A stretch of DNA of 64,000 nucleotides from positions 3,818 through 67,817 of the forward strand of contig JBEKYO010000005.1 in the NCBI GenBank assembly GCA_049510875.1. The letters are read 5' to 3'. The notes under the pieces are model-generated. The model ran no database searches. It was not told where the DNA came from and saw only the letters and a list, made by a program, of their open reading frames with translations. The DNA is from Steroidobacteraceae bacterium (GTDB lineage Bacteria > Pseudomonadota > Gammaproteobacteria > Steroidobacterales > Steroidobacteraceae). This document shows positions 53,229 to 60,602 of the stretch, piece after piece; the stretch's first letter is position 1; each line of letters begins with the position of its first letter. The position numbers and the translations under genes were made by a program.

Positions 53229-54302
53229 ATGCGCGCTGCGGTCTATCATGGTGCCCGCGACCTGCGGCTCGAATCCGTCGCGGAGCCCGAACCGGGGCCG
53301 GGCGACGTCAAGCTGCGCGTGCTCTACAACGGCATCTGCGGCAGCGACCTGCACGAATACTACGACGGCCCGGTCACGACCCGCACAACGCCGCACCCGC
53401 TGACCGGCGTGAAGAACCCGGTCATCCTCGGGCATGAGATTTCCGCCGCCGTGGTCTCGGTGGGCGCGGGGGTCCATGATCTGGCGCCGGGCGATCTCGT
53501 GGCGGTGGAGCCGCTCGAGACCTGCGGTGGCTGCGTGTGGTGTGCGGCGGGCCAATACAACCATTGTCCCGAGCTCGCCTTGCACGGATACAACCGAAGC
53601 GGCGGCGGGCTCGCGGAATTCACCGTGGTGCGGCGCCGCATGGCACATCGACTTCCTGCGGGCATGACGCCCCTGCAGGGCGCGCTCATCGAGCCGCTGG
53701 CCGTGGCGTGGCACACGGCCGGTCGCTGCCGGCTCGAAGCAGGGCAGACCGTGGCGATTCATGGCGCCGGTCCGATCGGAATCGGCGTGTGCTTGACGCT
53801 CAGGGCGCGCGGCGTCGAGGTCATCGCCATCGATCCCTCGCCGCTGCGCCGTGGGGTCATGCAGCGCCTCGGTGCGCGAGCCGCCTTGGATCCGCGCGAC
53901 TGCGATCCCATCAGCGCGATCCGCGATCTGACGGGCGGCCGCGGCGCGCATGCCTCGGTGGACGCGGCGGGCGTGCCTCAAGCATTTCATGCGGCGCTGC
54001 ACGGAACGCGCGTCGACGGCACCGTGGTGGTGGTCGCCATCCATCATGCGCCGATCGCCATTCCACCCTTTGATTTGCTGATGCCCGAAGTCAACCTCAC
54101 CGGCGTGGCCATGTCCGCACACGCGTTTCCGCGTGTGATCGACGCCATGGCGCGCGGCGATTATCCATCGGACCAGTGGGTGGAAACGATTCCCTTCGAA
54201 AACCTCCTGGAAGGCGGCATCGAGCGGTTGCGGCGCCAGGAGGGCCTTAAGATTCTGGTCGACGTCGGGGCGAGCGCGGCGCGCCGCCGGGGAGAACCAT
54301 GA
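53229..54302 (+). CDS. zinc-dependent alcohol dehydrogenase (MDR family, butanediol/threonine-DH-like)
   Basis: 357 aa. It has GICGSDLHEY, GHEISAAVVSVG, structural Zn cysteines CGGCVWCAAGQYNHC and NAD-binding GAGPIGIG. Confidence 0.85.
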   Translation: MRAAVYHGARDLRLESVAEPEPGPGDVKLRVLYNGICGSDLHEYYDGPVTTRTTPHPLTGVKNPVILGHEISAAVVSVGAGVHDLAPGDLVAVEPLETCGGCVWCAAGQYNHCPELALHGYNRSGGGLAEFTVVRRRMAHRLPAGMTPLQGALIEPLAVAWHTAGRCRLEAGQTVAIHGAGPIGIGVCLTLRARGVEVIAIDPSPLRRGVMQRLGARAALDPRDCDPISAIRDLTGGRGAHASVDAAGVPQAFHAALHGTRVDGTVVVVAIHHAPIAIPPFDLLMPEVNLTGVAMSAHAFPRVIDAMARGDYPSDQWVETIPFENLLEGGIERLRRQEGLKILVDVGASAARRRGEP

Positions 54303-54363
54303 GCATCCAAGAACTCTTTGAGGTGCATGGCGTCGCGGATTGATCCATCAAGGGGGTAGAGCT

Positions 54364-54903
54364 ATGGGACTCGTGGGATTCGGCCAGCCGGATGATGGCG
54401 TCATCCAAATGTGTTACCTGGTCCAGGACATTCACGCCGCGATGAAGCACTGGGCCGACAAGCTCGGCGTGGGCCCGTGGTTCTTGCTGGATCACTTTAC
54501 CGGCACCACGCCGAAATACCGCGGCCAGGACTCCAAGGCCGACGTGTCCCTCGCCATGAGTTTTGCGGGTCACATGAACATCGAGCTGATTCAGCCCAAC
54601 GACGCACACCCCTCGGTGTACCGCGAGTGGATCGACCGGCGCGGCTACGGATTTCACCACTGGGGGCGCGCGACGCGCCATTTCGAGCGGGACGTCGCGC
54701 AATACCAGGCGGCGGGCCACGACCTGGTGTTTCTCGCGGGAGTCCCGTCCGGCGGCAGCGTGGCGTACATGGATACCACCGCGCTCTTGCCGGGCTATGT
54801 GGAGTTCATCGAGATCGGCGCGGGATTCGAAGCGACCTTCAGCCGGTTCTATCGCGCCAGCATCGGTTGGGACGGCACGGACCCGGTGCGTTCGTTCATT
54901 TGA
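54364..54903 (+). CDS. VOC (glyoxalase/bleomycin-resistance/dioxygenase) family protein
   Basis: 179 aa from ATG 54364. The segments VIQMCYLVQDIHAAMKHWADKLGVGPWF and NIELIQPNDAHPSVYREWIDRRGYGFHHWG are typical VOC beta-alpha-beta-beta-beta modules. Confidence 0.7.
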   Translation: MGLVGFGQPDDGVIQMCYLVQDIHAAMKHWADKLGVGPWFLLDHFTGTTPKYRGQDSKADVSLAMSFAGHMNIELIQPNDAHPSVYREWIDRRGYGFHHWGRATRHFERDVAQYQAAGHDLVFLAGVPSGGSVAYMDTTALLPGYVEFIEIGAGFEATFSRFYRASIGWDGTDPVRSFI

Positions 54904-56461
54904 CCCGCACCTCGAGCAGCATGGGCGTGGTGGCGGCGAACACTTCGCCGAGCGCCGCATCCAGATCCTCGCAGCGCTCGACGCGAATGCCCCTCACGCC
55001 GTGACCCGCGGCCAGCGCGCAGAAATCGAGGTGCGGCAGCTCGATGCCGGGAAGCGCGCCGATGTCGAAATGGCGGCCGAACTCCTCGAGCGCGCGATAG
55101 CTCGAGTTGGCGATGATGATGAAGGCGATGGGCAGCCCCAAATCGGCGGCCGACCACAGGCCCTGAATGCCGTACATGGCCGACCCGTCGCCCAGAACTG
55201 CGATGATCTTGCGTCCCGGGCGCGCCAATGCCACGCCCACCGCCGCCGGCAGGCCGTGCCCCAAACCGCCGCTCGCGCAGGTGTGAAAGGATTCGCGCTC
55301 GAGGATGGGCAGGTGGTCGTGCATCGGGCCGCGGCTGCTCGGCGCCTCCTCCACGATGATGCTGTGCGCCGGACGCAGCGCGGCGATCTGCTGCAGTAGA
55401 TATCGATCGCTCAACTCATCGGGCCGGAGCCGCGGCGCGCGCGGGGCAATGACCGGCGCGCTGCGTTTCCCGAGCGGTGGGCTTTGGAGCAGGGCCGCCA
55501 CACCCAGTTTCAGATTGGTCACGATGGCCGTGCCCACCGGCGACCAGGCCGCCGCGCCCGGATCGTCGGTCAGCTGAACCAGCGCGGCGCCGGCCGGCAG
55601 GTGCGGTCCATGACCTTCGACGTGATAGGTAAATACCGGCGCTCCCAATACCAGGATGAAGTCCGCTCCCTGGAGCCGCGCGACGATGGCCGCCCGGTCG
55701 GCCGGCAGGAAGCCGGCGAACAGCGGATGGCGTTCGGGAAAGCTGTTGCGCGCCGACATGGGACTGACCCAAACCGCCGCTTGATTGAGTTCGGCCAGCG
55801 CGATGGTTTCATCCCAGGCATCGTCGCGGGCGACCGATGCGCCCACCACGAACACGGGTTGCCGCGCCTGCCGGAGGGCATCGGCGGCCGCCGCGAGCAG
55901 TACGGGGTCGCCGGCGACCGTGCGGCTGACGCGGCGCGCCTGCACCGGCATGCACCGACGGTCCCAGTCGTCGACGGGAATCGACACGAACGCCGGGCCG
56001 CGCGGCGGCTGCATCGCCACATAGTAGGCGCGCGCCAGGGCGGCCGGCACGTCCGCCGCCCGCGCGGGCTCGACGCTCCATTTGACGTAGGGCTTCGGCA
56101 GCTGGGCGGCTTGCTCCGAGTACAAAAAGGGCTCGAACGGCAGGATGGAGCGCGCCTGTTGTCCGGCGGTCACCACCAGCGGCGTCTGATTCTTGTAGGC
56201 CGTGAAAATGCCGCCCTGCGCGTGGCCGACGCCGATGGCCGAGTGCAGATTGACCAGCGCGGCATCATGGCGGGCCTGCGCGAATCCATCGGCCATGCCC
56301 ACGACCACCGATTCCTGCAGGCCAAGCACATAGCGGAAATCCGCGGGAAAGTCGCGAAACATCGGCAGCTCGGTGGAGCCGGGATTGCCGAATACCGTGG
56401 TCAGTCCGAGTTCGCGCAGCAGCGACATCACCGCGTCGCGTACGGTGACTTCGCCGCTCAA
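54896..56461 (-). CDS. thiamine-diphosphate enzyme, benzoylformate decarboxylase-like
   Basis: The N-terminus LLRELGLTTVFGNPGSTELPMFRDFPADFRYVLGLQESVVVGMADGFAQA closely parallels Pseudomonas putida MdlC as remembered. The ThDP motif is GDGSAMYGIQGLWSAADLGLPIAFIIIANSSY. The start is uncertain: TTG 56461, with GAGGTG 7 nt upstream, or ATG 56428. Confidence 0.85.
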   Translation of the reverse strand: MSGEVTVRDAVMSLLRELGLTTVFGNPGSTELPMFRDFPADFRYVLGLQESVVVGMADGFAQARHDAALVNLHSAIGVGHAQGGIFTAYKNQTPLVVTAGQQARSILPFEPFLYSEQAAQLPKPYVKWSVEPARAADVPAALARAYYVAMQPPRGPAFVSIPVDDWDRRCMPVQARRVSRTVAGDPVLLAAAADALRQARQPVFVVGASVARDDAWDETIALAELNQAAVWVSPMSARNSFPERHPLFAGFLPADRAAIVARLQGADFILVLGAPVFTYHVEGHGPHLPAGAALVQLTDDPGAAAWSPVGTAIVTNLKLGVAALLQSPPLGKRSAPVIAPRAPRLRPDELSDRYLLQQIAALRPAHSIIVEEAPSSRGPMHDHLPILERESFHTCASGGLGHGLPAAVGVALARPGRKIIAVLGDGSAMYGIQGLWSAADLGLPIAFIIIANSSYRALEEFGRHFDIGALPGIELPHLDFCALAAGHGVRGIRVERCEDLDAALGEVFAATTPMLLEVRVK

Positions 56462-56881
56462 AGGCTGCCCACCTCTTTGCCGACGTGGTCCGGAGGATTG
56501 CAACGCCGAAGACCATCGAGGCGGCCTCTGCCGGCGGAGATTTGATGGGCGCGCATGGCAACTCCCGGAAGTTATCTCTGCATTCGACCTGAAAAAAAAT
56601 CGCCGTGATCGACTGTAAGCGAATGCACAGTCTACCCGCAGGGGGGGCGACCTTGGGTGACTGTACGGCGCACCGGGAACCCTCGCGCCGAGGGCCGCCG
56701 CGAGGCGGCGACCCTGGTCGTGCACCACAATTGCGCGCCGCCTTTCCCCGTAAACTTTCTGTGACGCAGGACGCACCACGGCTGAGGGTCAACGGCCCTT
56801 TTTTTGCTCCTGAGAAGGAAGTCTCAGCACTTCATTACATAAAAGGTGTCCACTAACCGATAAGAACCTCAAGGAGCGGGT

Positions 56882-57469
56882 ATGAACGAGTTCATGGTCA
56901 TTTTTTCCATTGCGGCCTCGGGCTGCTTGGTGCGCTTGTCCACGGACCTCGTTCTGCAGCTGTTGGCGCGCAAAGCGCCGAGCGGAACCATCGCCATGGG
57001 CCCGCACCACGGGCACGCTCCCGACCATCATCAGAAGGTCGATCCGGTGATGGCGCTCGGACTCACGCTCACCTGCTACGGCGCGATCTCGCTTGCACTA
57101 GTTTCCGAATTACCGGGCGCGCTTGCCTTCCAAAGAACCTGGTTGGCGTTTGCGCTTTTGTGCGCCGGAGGCCTCATCGGAGAGATTTCACGCACGGGCG
57201 GCGGCGGCGGCTCCGCCGCCTCCGCGGAATCGGATGCCGACGCCGACGATCTCGAGCCCAAGGAGCGCACCACAGGGTCGGTGGGCCTCTCGGTGGCGCT
57301 GATGCTGGCCCTCAACCTGGCCGTTGCCGTGCTCTCGAGCGGACAAGGGCTGGTTCAGATCGTGCCGCCGCCGGCGCCCACGAGCGACAATCAGTCCCCG
57401 GAGTTGGAACAGATCGTGGTGGTCGCGCGGCGAGGCACCGACGAGCTCGGCAGTTCGACATTTCTCTGA
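56882..57469 (+). CDS. hypothetical membrane protein with His-rich loop (orphan)
   Basis: 195 aa. AAGGAG lies 5 nt upstream of the ATG. There are 3-4 hydrophobic segments, a loop MGPHHGHAPDHHQ and a Gly/Ser/Asp-rich linker. Codon usage looks somewhat less GC3-biased than in neighbouring genes. I recognise no family. Confidence 0.5.
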   Translation: MNEFMVIFSIAASGCLVRLSTDLVLQLLARKAPSGTIAMGPHHGHAPDHHQKVDPVMALGLTLTCYGAISLALVSELPGALAFQRTWLAFALLCAGGLIGEISRTGGGGGSAASAESDADADDLEPKERTTGSVGLSVALMLALNLAVAVLSSGQGLVQIVPPPAPTSDNQSPELEQIVVVARRGTDELGSSTFL

Positions 57470-57480
57470 GCCCGAGCTTA

Positions 57481-57638
57481 AGCTCGAGCCCCGGTCATAG
57501 CTCCAACCCCAGAGGCAGCTCGAGCCCCGGTCGTAGCTCCAACCCCAGACGCAGCTCGAGCCCCGGTCGTAGCTCCAACCCCAGACGCAGCTCCAGCCCC
57601 GGTCGTAGCTCCAACCCCAGACGCAGCTCCAGCCCCGG
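57481..57638. repeat. 36-bp tandem repeat, about 4.4 copies (internal 18-bp sub-period)
   Basis: Units start at 57481, 57517, 57553 and 57589, with a partial unit at 57625. The consensus is AGCTCGAGCCCCGGTCGTAGCTCCAACCCCAGACGC. Copies 2 and 3 are identical. The array lies in the spacer between two convergent genes. Confidence 0.95.
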
Positions 57639-57659
57639 ACCGTCACTCGAGTCCCGAAC

Positions 57660-59339
57660 TTACGCCCTGATTGACGGGCTGACCGCGCCCCCCTGCGCCA
57701 TTGCGATGGCCTCGTGAAGCGTTGTGAAAATGCGCGCCGGTCCGATCACCGGCGTCATGCCATGCCGGTCCATGTCGGAGCGCAAATACGGGCTGACGCG
57801 CCCGAACACGACGGTTACGTGCTGTTGTGCGAGGTCGTTCAGCAGGTCGCGCGTGGCGCCCGCGGCCGTGTAGTCGATGTCCGTGATGGCGCCGCAATCG
57901 AGGACCAACCAGCGCACCGGCTGCGGGGCGCGCTGCACCAATGCCCGCACGTCGTCGGCGAAGTGATTCGCATTTGCGTAGAACAGATCCGCGCCGAAAC
58001 GGTAGACGATGAGTCCCGGTTCGGTCGTTTTGCCCGGCACCGCGGGCACCGGTACCCAACGCCCCGCGGCATCCGGTTCGAACATCATGGTGTGCGGACG
58101 ATAGCTGTGGCGGACATGGCGGAACAGGGACAGCGCGATGGCGAGCAAAATGCCTTGCTCGACGCCGAGCGCGACCACCGTCGCGGCCGTAATCACGGCC
58201 AATGAAAACTCGCCGGGACTCTCGCGCCGGATGGCGCGCAAATTCGCGATATCGATCATGCCCACGGCGATCGTGAACACGATGGCCGCCAGTACGCAGC
58301 GCGGCAGGTACTGCAGCGGGCCGGTCAAGAACAACAGCACCAGCAGCACGACCGCCGACAGGGTCAATTGGGCGAGTTGACTGCGCGCGCCCATACGATC
58401 CGCCATCGCCGTCTGGGTGGGGCTGCCGTTCACCACGAACGTACCGCTCAGCGCCGCGGCCGTGTTCGCGGCGGCCAGCCCGAGGATGTCGGCGTCCGAG
58501 TCGACGCTTTCCCGATAGCGCAGGCAGAAGCCGCGCGAGGTCGCCGCGCTTTGCGTCATGATCATGACGAAGCACGACGCCGATACCGGGAGCAGCGCGA
58601 GCGTCTCGGACCACGTGACGTGCGGCAAACTCAACGCCGGCAGTCCTCCCGCGACCGGGCCGATCACCGCGATGCCCCTGCCCGCGAAGCCCAGCGCATC
58701 GCTCGCCACGATGGTCGCCGCGACGACCACCAGCGACAGCGGCAGCCGCTTGGCAAAACGATTGCCGAGCAAAATGGCGCCCGTCACGATGGTCGAGAGC
58801 GCGAGCGTCGGAAGCTTGGGATGCGCAAGACCCAGCAGCACTTCCCACGCTTTGACGAGCGAATAGCGGGAATCCACGGTGACCCCGGACATGTCGCTCA
58901 GCATGGCGATGCAAACCTGAAATCCAACGCCGGTGAGAAACCCCACCAGCACGGTCCGCGAGAGAAAATCGGCCAGGAAGCCCAGCTTGAAGATGCGCGC
59001 CAGCAGCAGAATACCCGCGGTAAGCAGCGCCACCATGCTCACCATGGCCATGTACTCGGCGCCGGCCGGTGCAGCCATATGCGCGAGCGAGCCGGAGAAG
59101 ATCGCGGCCGTGGCCGAATCGGCGGCCACGACCAAATGCCGGGACGATCCGAACACGGAGAACGCGACGAGCGGCAGGAGTACGGTGTAGAGCCCGGCGA
59201 CCACCGGCGCGCCGGCAATGCGGGCATAACCCAGCACCTGCGGAATGTTGATGGCCGCGGCACTCACGCCGGCCCAAACGTCTCTGAATGCGCCGGCGCG
59301 GCCTGCCGGCCGAAAGCCGCCGAAGAGTTTTATCGGCAT
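57660..59339 (-). CDS. SulP-family anion transporter with C-terminal STAS domain
   Basis: 559 aa. The N-terminus reads FRDVWAGVSAAAINIPQVLGYARIAGAPVVAGLYTVLLPLVAFSVFGSSRHLVVAADSATAAI. The C-terminal STAS-like segment reads VRWLVLDCGAITDIDYTAAGATRDLLNDL. Confidence 0.9.
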   Translation of the reverse strand: MPIKLFGGFRPAGRAGAFRDVWAGVSAAAINIPQVLGYARIAGAPVVAGLYTVLLPLVAFSVFGSSRHLVVAADSATAAIFSGSLAHMAAPAGAEYMAMVSMVALLTAGILLLARIFKLGFLADFLSRTVLVGFLTGVGFQVCIAMLSDMSGVTVDSRYSLVKAWEVLLGLAHPKLPTLALSTIVTGAILLGNRFAKRLPLSLVVVAATIVASDALGFAGRGIAVIGPVAGGLPALSLPHVTWSETLALLPVSASCFVMIMTQSAATSRGFCLRYRESVDSDADILGLAAANTAAALSGTFVVNGSPTQTAMADRMGARSQLAQLTLSAVVLLVLLFLTGPLQYLPRCVLAAIVFTIAVGMIDIANLRAIRRESPGEFSLAVITAATVVALGVEQGILLAIALSLFRHVRHSYRPHTMMFEPDAAGRWVPVPAVPGKTTEPGLIVYRFGADLFYANANHFADDVRALVQRAPQPVRWLVLDCGAITDIDYTAAGATRDLLNDLAQQHVTVVFGRVSPYLRSDMDRHGMTPVIGPARIFTTLHEAIAMAQGGAVSPSIRA

Positions 59340-59540
59340 CGACCGGGCGGAGCGCCCTTAAGCGCCAGGGCGGCCGGAATGTCGGCAATGTATCGCATGT
59401 AAAGCTCCCTCTTTGCCTCTCCAGATAGCATGATGTGCGCGGTTGCACCAGGCCACGGGTCTGCCCGGGCCCAACTCCCGGCCCAATCGGCTCAAATCCC
59501 TTTACACTGCCACCCGAATTCAACGGAGCATGGCTAGGCA

Positions 59541-59580
59541 AACGGCATGAACATACCCAAAACGGCATGAAGATACCCAA
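59541..59580. repeat. 20-bp tandem duplication spanning the RIO-kinase start codon
   Basis: AACGGCATGAACATACCCAA (59541-59560) is followed by AACGGCATGAAGATACCCAA (59561-59580). The two copies are 19/20 identical. Confidence 0.9.
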
Positions 59581-60421
59581 GGGGCTGCAGCCTCTGATCG
59601 AAGACGGCATGGTCGACAGCGTGGTGCGCAAACTCAAGAGCGGCAAGGAGGCATCGGTGTACATCGTCGCCTGCGGCGATCAGATCCGCTGCGCCAAGGT
59701 TTACAAGGAAGCCGAGCAGCGCGGCTTTCACAAGCTGGCGCAATACCAGGAGGGGCGGAAGACCCGCAACAGCCGCGATGCGCGTGCGATGGGAAAGCGC
59801 GGCCGCCACGGGCGCCGGGTGCAAGAAGCCGAATGGAAGAATGCCGAGGTGGATGCCCTGTTTCGTCTGGCGAGTGCCGGTGTGCGCGTGCCCGCGCCCT
59901 ACCTGATTCACGAGGGCGTGCTGCTCATGGAACTGGTGCGGGACGAGGGCGGCGAGCCCGCTCCGCGGCTCAATGATGTCGACATCACGGTGGACCAGGC
60001 GCGAGCGTGGCATGCGTTCATGATCGTGCAGATCGTGCGCATGCTCTGTGCCGGCCTGATTCACGGGGACCTGTCGGAATTCAACGTGTTGTTGGACGCC
60101 AGCGGGCCCGTCATCATCGACCTGCCCCAGGCGGTAAACGCCGCCAGCAACAACAACGCGTTCGCCATGTTCGAGCGCGACGTCAACAACATGCGTGAAA
60201 CCTTTGGCCGAACCTGCCCTGAGTTGCTGGAGACGGAATATGCGCGGGAAATCTGGGCACTGTATCAGGCGAGCGAATTGACGCCGGCTTCCGTGTTGAC
60301 CGGACGCTGCGCGCCCGATGCGTCGGCTCCGGACGTGGACGCCGTGCTTCGTCAAATCGAAGAGGAAAGACTCGAGGCCGAGGCCCGCCGGCGCCGGCGC
60401 GAAGAGGTCGACGCCGCCTAG
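59567..60421 (+). CDS. RIO1-like atypical serine protein kinase (bacterial PA4780-type family)
   Basis: 284 aa from ATG 59567, beginning MKIPKGLQPLIEDGMVDSVVRKLKSGKEASVYIV. The catalytic loop is LIHGDLSEFNVLL and the metal-binding segment is VIIDLPQAV. The C-terminal tail is acidic/basic. Confidence 0.8.
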   Translation: MKIPKGLQPLIEDGMVDSVVRKLKSGKEASVYIVACGDQIRCAKVYKEAEQRGFHKLAQYQEGRKTRNSRDARAMGKRGRHGRRVQEAEWKNAEVDALFRLASAGVRVPAPYLIHEGVLLMELVRDEGGEPAPRLNDVDITVDQARAWHAFMIVQIVRMLCAGLIHGDLSEFNVLLDASGPVIIDLPQAVNAASNNNAFAMFERDVNNMRETFGRTCPELLETEYAREIWALYQASELTPASVLTGRCAPDASAPDVDAVLRQIEEERLEAEARRRRREEVDAA

Positions 60422-60470
60422 CCGGGAGCCTGCCCGAGTATTCCCCGCGGCCGCGAACGGGCGCCGCGGC

Positions 60471-60602
60471 GCGCTACATCGGTCGCTCGCCGCGGAGCGT
60501 GGTGCGCTACACCGGCCGCTCGCCGCGGAGCGAGGTGCGCTACATCGGCCGCTCGCCGCGGAGCGAGGTGCGCTACATCGGCCGCTCGCCGCGGACCGTG
60601 GT
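60471..60602. repeat. 33-bp tandem repeat x4; the last copy is the 3' end of the TauD-like gene
   Basis: Units start at 60471, 60504, 60537 and 60570. The consensus is GCGCTACATCGGCCGCTCGCCGCGGAGCGAGGT. On the minus strand each unit reads ...LRGERPM-stop. Confidence 0.95.

Noticed and set aside
56600-56810. TPP or cobalamin riboswitch in the long spacer next to the ThDP enzyme gene
   Set aside because: I looked for the THI-box core (CTGAGA...ACCTGATCTGGATAATGCCAGCG) and the B12 box. Only isolated short matches (CTGAG, CCGGTG) are present, without the conserved cores.
56840-56863. Sigma-28 promoter for the orphan membrane-protein gene
   Set aside because: The -10-like ACCGATAA matches 7/8. 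The only TAAA upstream leaves 13 nt before CCGATAA instead of the required 16. This is outside normal spacing tolerance.
57643-59664. 673-aa minus-strand ORF overlapping the SulP gene in another frame
   Set aside because: The 559-aa frame (57660-59339) has the SulP N-terminal signature and the STAS domain. The 673-aa frame is Arg/Gly/Pro-rich with no recognisable features.
57481-60602. CRISPR arrays (36-bp and 33-bp repeats)
   Set aside because: The units are directly contiguous with no unique spacers. Arrays have only about 4 copies. No cas genes or leader-like sequences are present.
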